A stretch of 61,079 bases of DNA, filler included, from Catajapyx aquilonaris (taxonomy: Eukaryota): assembly GCA_000934665.2 (NCBI GenBank). It is 3 parts of 3 records of this genome, joined end to end, with 100 filler letters (N's around TTAATTAATTAA, not from the genome) between each part and the next. Parts side by side here need not be neighbours in the genome. Positions count along the whole stretch, not along the records: positions 20,255 to 40,408 come from KZ539514.1; positions 40,509 to 61,079 come from JYFJ02006328.1; 1 more part is not named here. One strand, written 5' to 3'. This document shows positions 38,037 to 48,893 of the stretch, piece after piece (position 1 is the first letter of the stretch; each line of letters begins with the position of its first letter). The notes below the pieces were generated by a model. It saw nothing but the letters and a program-made list of their open reading frames with translations. It did not search any database and had not been told where the DNA came from. Both the position numbers and the translations under genes were made by a program.

Positions 38037-38643
38037 CAGTGCTGGTCATATATCGAGGCAACCGCCAGCGACATTTTCCGAAGCGGCAGAAGAATAATCG
38101 AAGATAAGCATACTTACAAGACAAGTGTCTCGGGAGAGCACGGGACCCCCGAGCCCCGACACGACACACGACACCTCGCCTGCGCGCGGGAAGGCCGGAT
38201 AGTTTCAGTGCTGGAATATTAATTTTCACTGCTTGATGTGGGCAGGGGGTAGGGGTACGATGTACTAACCAAACCTAACCTTCACTCGTTGCGGATACAG
38301 CTCTATCGTCAGTGTATACAGCCCTATCTTCACGTAAGAAAAGACGACGAAAAAAAGAGGGGGAAAAAAAAGAAGCCTCACAGGGACGCGAACCTGCAGC
38401 CTTCTGATCTATAGGCCAGCGCGCTTACCAATACACTACAGCAGCCATCGCTGGAATTGCTTCTTCCGATGGGGATTCTTATGCTGCGCAGGCTCCGCAG
38501 GCGAGGTGTCGTGTGTCGTGTCGGGGCTCGGGGGTCCCGTGCTCTCCCGAGACGTTTTTCTTACAAGCCAGGCGAGCAAGATTCCTTCTTCTGCTGCTTC
38601 GGAAAATGTCGCTGGCGGTTGTCTCTATATATGACCAACACTG
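38037..38643. mobile_element. TA-flanked TIR element (about 150-nt arms) carrying a degenerate tRNA-like cassette
   Basis: 'cagtgctggtcatat...cgacattttccgaagc' is inverted relative to 'gcttcggaaaatgtcg...atatgaccaacactg'. The minus strand at 38375-38446 is tRNA-like. Confidence 0.7.
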
Positions 38644-40408
38644 TACAGGTGGGCAAAGACGGTAAGTTGTTTATTGCAGTCTGCAGATCCATTAATTTTG
38701 TTCTGCGATGAGAAGGGAGACTGGCTTGATTGGGGTTCAGCCTTGCAGTGGTATTTGATCCTTTGTGGTGTGCACCTGCCCATTTTGTACGTGTACATTA
38801 TTTTGTGGCTGTGATATACAGTTGTTCGTGAATTTTTGTTGGTGGGAATTCCTCTGTAGGCAGGAAAGGCATTGCTGGAACATCCCAGTTGCTGTGATGG
38901 CCTTATTGCCCCTGCTGCTGCACATCGATTTCCATGGACCATGGAGAACTACTAGAACGCCAAATTATCCAGGATGGGCAGTAGCATTTATAACCACATC
39001 GTGTACATTTTGGCAACCAAATTCTAATTTCCATTTGACACACCTTGTAGCTATGGTTTGAGCTGCACATGTGAAGAGAAAAGTGATCTACCTGTGAATT
39101 GTTGCAGGATAATATACGAGATTATTTTAATAGTTTAAAATAGAATCATTTTATGCATCAACCGAATGTGGACACAAGTCTTGAAAAGAATATCTTGCTG
39201 CCATAGTTTTTCTCTAATTTTGGTATTACTTTTTTTTTTTTGAAATGCACCTGAGATGTGTCATTGTGACATTGAAACTGGCTCTATTCATACAGTGTTG
39301 TACCTGTACACATGTGTTAGGCCTAGAGCTAATAATTATTATATTATGGTATTACACCCAGTGCTGGAAACAAAGCCAAAGATGTGTTCACAAGTGCACG
39401 TAGACTTTCCCGAGTGTGACTCACCAAAATATGCATGTCCCTTGGCGGGGAATGCGCAATACTGGTGGTATGCATTTAATATGAATGCTTTAAAAAACTA
39501 GTTACTGTACAAATTTGCAGAGAATGTGGAACAAAAATTTCAGGACTTAAGGAACCACCAAATACTCAAGATTTGGAATATAATCCGTCAATATTTTGAC
39601 CTCTCCTCATAGGCTTATCTAAACATATATGTATTTTGCTTAATTTAAAATGGCTTACCCGTGTTTTTACACGAGTGTACTTAACATGCCATTACAAGTT
39701 TGTTATGATGTGTCTCTCTGGTTCAATTCTGGTCCCTATGAGCAGGATAAATTTACGTACCTGAAATACATAACTATCAGAGTCATAAGATTTGGTTGAT
39801 TTCAAGATGTGAGGGTTTAAAGACTGGAAAATACAATTACCCCCAAGGAGATGAATTATTTCTCTTTGATTAATTTCTCCAGGAGGTTGTAATTTCTCTA
39901 TTGGAAAAGGGGCCGTCCATAATCCGCGCGGACAGATTTTGTCACTTTTTTACCTCCCCCCCTCCCCTTTGCGGACAGAAGCGGACAATTTCTTACCTCC
40001 CCCCCTAAAAATTGCGCGGACATGGCCTCCTTGACTCCCCCCCCCTGCCCCCGCTTCGCCACACTGAAAGTGTTATTTTCAATATATTGGAATTTTTTTA
40101 TTTTTTGATATCTACACAAATTCCTCTTTTCAGAGGCATTACGGTATACAGGGTGATTACAAATGAATAGTATAATTACAAATGCATATAGCTCCGTACC
40201 TATCAACCGTACATGAACGTGTTATACACCAAATGAAAGAGGAGGTTTTAAAGTTTTTTTCATGCCTTATAAAGGTTCTATATGATTTCCCTTCGTCACT
40301 CGAGAAACGTTGATCCGATAGTGCAATTCCTCCCATACTCGTGCCAGCATGTCCGTTGTCACTGACTCAACCGCAGTAACAATGCACTGGCATTCAGATG
40401 TTCGCCAG

Positions 40409-40508
40409 NNNNNNNNNNNNNNNNNNNNNNNNNNNNNNNNNNNNNNNNNNNNTTAATTAATTAANNNNNNNNNNNNNNNNNNNNNNNNNNNNNNNNNNNN
40501 NNNNNNNN
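40409..40508. other. Artificial contig junction (100-nt gap with all-frame stop linker)
   Basis: N44-TTAATTAATTAA-N44. Confidence 0.95.
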
Positions 40509-41037
40509 TTTATTACACACTGTTGCCTTGGTTACGAGACTACTGGTGTGATTGGGTGATGATCACGTTTTGTTCATAATATTCAAAGAGTTCCATATCT
40601 TGCTACCCTAGGGTATCTCATTCCATGTTTATCCTAGACGCGGTGGCACGGTCCAGCTACTGCCTCGGGGCAGGCCCACTGCCAGGGTTCGAGCTGGTGG
40701 TATACAAATGCGCTGTATGTAAGAATAGCGGTTGTGGTTTATTGTTTTGCTCAGGCAGCCTGTCGGAATTTTCTTGGCGTACTTTTCCTGCCAGTGCCAT
40801 ACCTTTTCCTCTACGTATTGTGTCATGTGCTTTTTGTCGGAATTCTCCTGTTCCGAACTGTGTTACGTTCTGTGTCATGTAGTTTTCAATCGTTTGTTAA
40901 GGTGTATAAGGTGTGGTATAATGTGGTATACGTAGGTACTGTGTCATGTAGTTTTCAAACTTTTCTTTGCATTTGTTTGTTTTTTCACTTTGTAACGTTT
41001 GGACCTCCACATTCTCAACACCCCAACGACTTTAAGA

Positions 41038-42294
41038 TGGGCCTAAAAACATAGCAGCATTGGCAGAAGCGCATTGGATACACGCAGAGTTCGGCTAAGG
41101 ATGAGGGACCAAGAGACTTATGAAGAACACCAAGCATGTCTCCACTCTATGAGAAACGCGGCCACCAGTCGGAGATTAGCTCCATTTTCATCAACCCACT
41201 TCCTACATGCCGCTTTCCACTACTCAGCAGACATTGACAATAATTCTTCTGTCGGTGTTGTTGCAATTGGATCTATGTCAGAGGTATGCCACCATTGTCA
41301 GGCAACTGAAGAAGTGGAAGGGTGCAACAAAAACAATATGTTGCTCCATTGGAAAGGTTAGCCTTCCTCTACTGGCTGAGCCCCCACAGCTACTTAAAAT
41401 GCTCCTCTTATAGGCACATCACCTGATTCAAAACATTTCCTGAAGACCATCAGAAATTACAATTCGGCCTTCCAGATGACATCTTTTGGGGCCAACTTTG
41501 TTAGAGAAGGGGGCTTCATGCCTACATTCAAAGTGCAAGGGCAAATTTACTATCGCATGGGATCACTCCCTCCTTCAGAAAAGGAGAGTCAGCGGTTTCT
41601 GCAGCTTTACTTCGTGGGGAACATGCAACAGCAGGCGGAATACCGTTGCACCTACTTAAACGGCACACGCCTCCACATCACACTGCAACTTCAGGAGATG
41701 ATCCATTCCACTCACACTTACGTCAAAAGCTTCAAGTTTGCACTTGAGAGTCCTCCTCCTCTAGAATTTGACTTGGTCATCGATGCAGACAAACGATCAC
41801 AAGGCGAGCATCGTGGTCGATTCAATCAACCTTGCAATGAGATTGCTGTGATCATGAGTGGTCAGTAGCATGGTAATAAGAGGGATATTGTGTTGAAGCT
41901 TCGAGACAACACGCTTCATCTATGCAATTATGAACGTAATTGGCCATACCAAATGTTGCATGTGCATCCAGTCCAAAAAAACACACAATGGATCTCAGAT
42001 TGTAAGCTCTGCCATGCTGGAGCTTCTATACATTCTACATTTACTTCTACATTTACTGCACAACCTTCAATTTTTCATTACATACTTTTGCTGGATTTTG
42101 GAGGTGTATTGTGTACAATCTGACATCCGCAGTGTGTTGTTTGGACTTCATGCACATACAATATGCTCCATGTTACTGGTATGCCAACATTGTATTTGTA
42201 TAGCCATAATTACTTCAAAGATTACTACCAAATCAATGAGTCACTCCTATGGAAAAGTATTTCATAACCCGAGCAACGCCGGGTATCCTGCTAG
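41038..42294 (+). mobile_element. Decayed, internally deleted Helitron with N-terminal RepHel fragments; the 5' end probably lies further left
   Basis: Frameshifted 'IGSMSEVCHHCQA', 'ICCSIGKVSLP', 'NYNSAFQMTSFGA...FMPTFKVQGQIYYRMGSL...FLQLYF', 'GEHRGRFN.P'. 3' hairpin 'cccgagcaacgccggg' followed by the CTAG|T terminus at 42291-42294. Confidence 0.85.
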
Positions 42295-42759
42295 TCTAAT
42301 ACATATTTCTCGACCTATGTCTCTCTGTCTCTCTGTCCTGTTATTGGCTATGCAAATCCATACGGAGGCCCCGACATATGCCCCAGGGGTATCACTAGGG
42401 GTAGTTCTTTACCGGGAATGTCATAAGCACATTGGAATTGACCTCCGAGGTCATCCTTGGCCACAGGAGGCGAAAAAGACTTTGGAACACTCTTCCAATA
42501 ATGAGCAATTGGCTGTAAACATCACCTGTCTTGGGTTTCCGGGGCAACCACTGAATGCCCAAGGCCATGAATCGCCCCCTCCCCACTGCCCCTACCCCTA
42601 TCCCATGCACCCACTCTCCCACTCCCCCCACAACCATCCCCGTTCCGTAACAATCAACCATATTTCATTACATTACAAACACAACAAAAAAACACGTTCC
42701 CACGTCAACGACGTTCCATCGCGGTCAACAAGCAGTTCCATAATCTACAGCGGCGCATG

Positions 42760-42800
<41 letters not shown>

Positions 42801-43519
42801 NAAAAAAAAAAAAAAAACGGTAACAATGCGAGCCCTTGGCGACGACCGAAACAAACTCGCTTATGCATGGGCAGCATATGGGGATTCGACATGTCCACGC
42901 TCCGGCGGCCTTACGGCCACAAAAATGGAGCAATGGACACAAAGATTACACCAAAAAATAGGACATGATCTGGCGCAGGGCACCTTCGGCGTCATTTTAC
43001 CATTTACAGCCTAGAAGAATCGTTGTTCGAATCTGGAGTGCCTGCTGCTAGCGAGGTGAGATAGAGCGAAGACGATGCCGGGGAAGAAGTCTGCCCCGGG
43101 TTCCGCCCGCGCCCCTCGCCGGCCGAACTGGGATGACCGTGAAAAAGAGGCCATAGTGGCCCGCAATGGAAGACACTCCAGGACTCGTGGAAGGGGCCCT
43201 GGGCCGTGTTTATCCGTGTTCGATCCCCGCCTTACGGACACACAGCTGCTGTCGGGGAAGCGGCCATTTTTGAGAGCGACAGGTGACTTACAGGCATACT
43301 TACAGGTGCTCCCACCCACCCGTATCTTTGCGGGCCTTTCCTTCCCGCAGCCCTTACGGGAGCGCGACACGATAATTCCACTTCGGGAGTTTTTTTTAGT
43401 TGCCGGGGCGATACGGGCGTTTGCGACTTGCGGGCCTCCCGTAAAGTCCACGAGAATCCGCCCCTACACCTACATGGAAAAGTCTTTCATGACCCGAGCA
43501 ACGCCGGGTATCCTGCTAG
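42295..43519 (+). mobile_element. Non-autonomous Helitron, head-to-tail with the previous copy
   Basis: Starts with TC immediately after the preceding CTAG and ends with the same 'cccgagcaacgccgggtatcctgctag' followed by T. Confidence 0.8.
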
Positions 43520-43550
<31 letters not shown>

Positions 43551-44798
43551 ATGAATGAATAAATGAATAAATAAAAATGATACTGGAAAAGGCGTCTAAT
43601 CAAGCGACGGGTCAAAACGCGATTCCTCGATAGCAGTCACAAACGTGATTGCCACTTTCGAAAATATTAAGTGGCCCGCAATTTGAAAACAGCGGTTATT
43701 TTCAAGCGCTACGTGTCTAATCCCTCCTTCTGAAGGAGTCACTTTACCACAAAGACATCTGCTACACATACTGCTAGATGCATAACTGGCAAGAAAAAGT
43801 GAAGCCAGTTTGTGCTAGGGGTTTGTACCAGTCGCCCAGAGCAAAGATGGCGCCTTTAGGCGACTTGGATCGATCTATCTGCCGTGGTGGCCTGTACGTA
43901 GTTGCTGGGCATCTTCAAGGGATGCCCCGCGCCCCTGGAAACGTCCCACTGATGTCCGGACCATCTGCACCGGGGCCGCCCCTAAGGCCGCTTCTGCTGC
44001 CCCGCCCAAAGTAACGATGACCCCATCTTTACTTTGGGCGTGATTGGCATCACTTTGCTTGTGCTGCTTCCTGGATGATTTTATAACAGTGTTTGTTTTT
44101 GCCCACGGACGTGACTGGAAACCTCGGGACAAAATTCCCCTTGCAATAAGTAATAAGATATGCACTAGCCTTTCCCTTCAGTATTCTCTCCTTCCTCCAT
44201 TACTCTAATATAAAAAGTGAATAAATAACATCTTATGCCTTGCATAGAAATTGACCAAACTACGAGTGAAGGTTGAGACACGCCTGGGACGTGACTTTTC
44301 ATCTTCTGTGGCCTAAAGAAAAAACATGGAATAATTTTCGCATTGAATATTTGTTATGCGCCAAGAATACCTCAAATGGCACTCCTATTTCTTTGTATGT
44401 TATCTGGTTTTCAGATGTCACATTAAGGCCAGGAATTAGCTGGGACAAGAATTGCACGTTTTTTCACTTTTTAACCTCCCCAGTGATAAACCTAGTGGAA
44501 GATAAAGTGGACTTAATCCCTTAATTAGGCGGGACAAAAAAAATCGCGATCTGCTTCTGCCATCTCCTTGTTGACAAACATTTCAAGAATAAGAATGATT
44601 TTGACCTCTTCGGAAAGTGTGAAGGAAAGCATTATTGTGTATTACAGTACATTGTACTACGCCAACTAGGAGAAATGGCAGGATTAATAAGCATCATTAC
44701 CGACAGATTCTAACCTCCATATCTTTCTCAAGTTACGATTTCATAAATTCCCCCAACTGCTTCTATTGATCGGGACTGGACTGGTAAGAACCAATTGC

Positions 44799-44800
<2 letters not shown>

Positions 44801-44854
<54 letters not shown>
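44801..44854. repeat. (CT)n microsatellite
   Basis: Pure dinucleotide run; it produces the spurious 'ERERER' tail of ORF 44741..45667. Confidence 0.95.
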
Positions 44855-44857
<3 letters not shown>

Positions 44858-44872
44858 CCCCCCAATAAATAC

Positions 44873-47800
44873 TTTCAAAATGTTGACGACATGATCATGC
44901 CCCTCCTCTTCTGCGAGGCCAAAGGGTGTCTTCACATCCTTGTCCTCGGCCCATATGTCCGCTCCCTTGGATATAAGGAAGCGAACCAGTTGGGGTTGGT
45001 CGAACCATGCCGCATATTGGAGTGGGGTCCATTCCCGCAATCCTCCCTTGTCCTCCAGCCCTGCCCCTTTCTCCAGGAGTAGGGCCACAACCTGGACGTG
45101 GCCTCTCTCTGAAGAGAGGTGGATGGGCTGGTTCCCATTCTTGTCCCTTGCCACCACATCCGCCCCTTTCATGATCAGGGTTTGGCATATGGAGAGGTGT
45201 CCTTCCGATGCTGCCAGGTGGAGGGGTGTCCAGCCCCCATGGTCTCCCTGGTGGACAGGCCATCCTGCACCCAGCAGGTATGCGACCACCTCTTCCCTTC
45301 CTCTCTCGGCAGCACAGTGGAGCGCACTCTTTCCATCCTCAACCCTCTCCTCCACCCACCTCTTCACCCCACGCCCTTCCTCCTCCACCATCCTCTTCAC
45401 CTCTTCCAGCCTCCCTTCCCTGCATGCCTCCACGAACATTGACATCTGCAAGAGAACAGCAAGACCTACATTATAAGGCGCATCATCTCTCATCGCTATA
45501 CACATGTAACAGCCACGGCCCTGAGGTTGCACCATCATCACTATGGTCACCATTATTGTTGCTTGTAGCCCAACAATATGGATGGCAGTGGCAACCCCTG
45601 GAGGTTGGAGCGAAACCTCAGGCGACGGTGCAACCTTCTCCGGCCCTGATCTTATTGCGGCAGCCATTTGAAAACAAAACTACAGGTAACATTGCTTCGT
45701 TGTCTGAGTGTATGGGAGGGAATACCCACTTCGTATAGAGGAACGTACAGGTCCGCTTAGACCCGAAGTATATATGATACGAAATATTTGTACAGCTGAA
45801 ACAGTGCATTCAAGATTATATAAATACTTCAGGCAATCCCCTCGGCGCCAAGTGCTTTGAATCACGCGCAGAAAAGTGAACGCAAATAATATTTTTAACC
45901 CTCAAACCGATGAAGGTGTATTTTTCATCCCATCTAGTGTGTGTGGAAGGGAATCTCCAAATCTTCCCCCAGCCCCAAATGCAGCCTCTCGCGGCCCTGA
46001 CCAAGACCATCCTTGAATGATAAAAAATGCTCTTTGGAGTGGACACCACATTATGGCCGCGTGACCATTCGCACATTCTGAGATCTTTCGTGTATGTTCC
46101 ACCCACATTCTACATGTAGTGCTTGTGAAGAGAGAGCAAAAAATCTCACTCATTAACGCCTTAAAGAAGTGCTGTAAAAATTCGCGAACCTCTGGTACTT
46201 AAAATTGGCCGGGCTCCGGCTGCCAAAGACAGTAATTCAGTTGACGCCTTACCACCTTTATCTTCCTGTCCAGGAACAACTGGACCTTTTTCTCCACGTC
46301 AGAAGATGACACTCTTGAGGACACATCTCGTGTCATCATTTGCTGGATTAGACCTGCTTCGTCTCCATGGGTGCGTGTAAAACCCTGTACGAAATGATCC
46401 CCCTTCCTGAGGGAGAGGAAGGCCCTCCTCCTCCCATCCTGGTCCCCTCCGAATGGGGACAACATCTCGTACAATATCAGGCCCATTGAATAGACGTCAG
46501 TCTTGGGACCGTACTCACTCCCGCTCATCTGCTCGGGGGAGCAGTAGAGTCTGGTCCCAACACCGCCAGTCAACTCTGGTTGGGACTGATCAGGGGGGAC
46601 TCCGGGTTGGGATGGTTGGACTGGACATGGAGGGTGGGAGGGGGAAGGAGGAGGATGGGCCAGGAGGGAGGTGGAGAGACCAAAGTCCCCAATCTTCACA
46701 CTCTTTCCATCCAGGGCAAAAAGAATATTGTAAGGTTTCAGATCGCGGTGGATCAGTCCCTGCGAGTGGATGTAACAAACTGCGGATGCCATCTGTCCGA
46801 AGAGGGTGAGTTTGGCGGACTTGCCCATGTTCAATCTTCCCCCGTCCATCTTGTGTCCCAGGGTTTCCTTCTCGCATAGTTCGAGCTGCATGAAGAGGAA
46901 GTCCGTGGTTGGTCCTGCCACCGTCATGGGAGCGGAGAAGTACTCGGATGCTGCCTCCGAGGCCTCCCTCGCCTCTGGACCAGACCTATTGGAGCATGTG
47001 GCCGTCATGGCGTCCACCTCCTTGTAGATCCAACATGGAGAGCTCTCAGTCCAGGCGTGATGGAACTTCACAACGTGATCGTGGTCCAGTCGAGCCAGTG
47101 CCTTGACCTCCCTCAGGATGAACTCCTTCAGTTGATAGTCTTGAGGCAGAGGAACCCTCTTCATCGCGTAACGTGCCTCTGCCAGCTTCAGTTCAGCCTC
47201 GGTCACGACTCCGAAGGACCCCACACCCAAGATGGACTCCTGCTTGTAGTCCGACATGTACCTGGACACCACTGTCGTTTCCTTTGCAGCTTTTTGCTCG
47301 TTGTCCTCGGCCCTAAGGGATTGAAATCAATGAGTGTTACGAGCATAATATTTGTCAAGTGGCAATGTATTTTTTTATGTATACGGTAAAGGAAAAGGAA
47401 GCCACGATTTCAAAATTCACGCTGAAAGTTATTCCATTCCTGTGTTAATCTAATGAACAACCTGTATGCCAAGGTAGCATCGACAAGAACATTCTTTATC
47501 ACCATAGCAATGATCAACTGATATTTTATTACTCACTGCAAGATCATTAGAGAATTAGCATTATTTCTGTGTGCAGGAAACAAGATAACTTATTTGTCAA
47601 GTACACTTTATTGGCTTACAAGTATGGAATCAATTTATCAAGTTCTGAATAGTTTGAATAATGCAGCGTTCGCCATTCGTCAACTAACATGTAGTACTAT
47701 CCCGCGTATTATTATCGTGATCCCAAGCAAACCATGCATGAATATAGCTTTATGAACTCCCAGTTGGCAGTCTACAGAAATGAGACTTGCAATGAAGCAA

Positions 47801-48893
47801 ATAATGAATCCTCTTACTGTTAGAGCATATTAACTACACGTACAACTGAAAAATAGTCGTACGTGTTAAGTCAACGGATTTCATGCTCTCACCTGGCCTG
47901 CATGGCATGAGTCCACTTCAGGTGATCCATGATGAATCGATGCACCTGTACATGATTTTTGAAAAGGGCCAGAGAGGCGGGTGTGGCCCCTTCCTTGTCC
48001 GTGGCCTGTGGGTCACTCTTTCCCTCCAACAAGAGGAGACTGGCCACATCCAGATGGCCGAACATGCAGGCCAAGTGCAGTGGGGTGTGGCCAGTGTAGG
48101 TGGTTCGGGTGTCCGAGGAAGCCCCTCTGTCCAGGAGGAGTCTGCAAGTCTCCACCAGTCCCCTCCTGGCAGACCAGTGGAGGGCTGTCCTTCCCTCCAC
48201 GTCCTCCGTGTCCACCTGTTCCTGTCCAATCAAGGCCAGAAGGGTCCGACAGATGCTGACCTTCCTGGCCCGACACGCCACCATCAGGGGGGTCTCCCCA
48301 TGTCCGTTCCTCTTGTTCACCTCTTCTTCTCCTCTTTCTCCCAACAACCTCCGGACGTCCTCTTCCCTTCCCATGGCCGCCATGACGTGAACGTCATCTT
48401 GCATGCCCAGCAGGAACCTCACCATCCCCTTCCTGCCCTTCAGGACTGCCACCCTCTGAGGGGTCATCTTCTCTTCATTCTTGTCTCCAGGATCTGCCCC
48501 CCACTCCAGGAGAAGCCTCCCCACTTGGACGTTCCCAGCCTCCGCCGCCGTGTGCAGAGGGGTGTCCCCCACCTTGGTCTTGGCCATTGGGTGTGCCCCT
48601 TCCTCCAGCAGAAGGCGGCAGACCTGCAGGTGGTTGAACTCTGATGCCTCGTGCAGGGCAGTCCTGTCCTGGTGAGTGGAGGCCAGGTTGACCCTTGCCC
48701 CCCTCTTGACCAGTTCCTCGCACACTAGAATCCAACCACGTCTGGAGGCCACCATCAGTGGGGTCACTCCATTCCTGGTGCGGGCGTTCACGTCAGCTCC
48801 TTTGTCCAGCAACATCTTGACCAACGTCACAGACCCATTCTCCGCCGCGATGTGCAAGTCCACAAGGCTGGTGTCTTCTTCTGCCGCCGCCAT
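44873..48893 (-). CDS. Ankyrin-repeat / eIF2-alpha-kinase-like / ankyrin-repeat fusion protein (at least 878 aa, 3' exon not found)
   Basis: Exons 48893-47893 (about 10 ANK, ends AG|gtgaga), 47312-46253 (ccttag|G..., kinase, ends GTG|gtaagg) and 45445-44873 (ttgcag|ATG, about 6 ANK, ends AAA|gtattt). Phases 2 and 0 are both compatible. Kinase motifs: LGVGSFGVV, YAMKRV, REVKALARLDH...AW.E, insert, LFMQLELCE, HRDLKPYN, KIGDFGL, TGGVGTRLYCSPEQ, DVYSMGLILYEM. Confidence 0.8.

Noticed and set aside
41930..43530. ORFs 41930..42760, 42757..43014 and 43075..43530
   Set aside because: They cross Helitron termini or a poly-A run containing an N, and have no protein-like motifs.
43936..43958. GAAAC-GTC-CTGATG as a hammerhead ribozyme core
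   Set aside because: CTGATGT rather than CTGANGA, and no room for stems I and III.
44741..45667. 308-aa ORF taken as a complete gene
   Set aside because: The N-terminal part precedes a clear acceptor at 45446, and the C-terminal tail is a translated (GA)n microsatellite after a donor at 44872.
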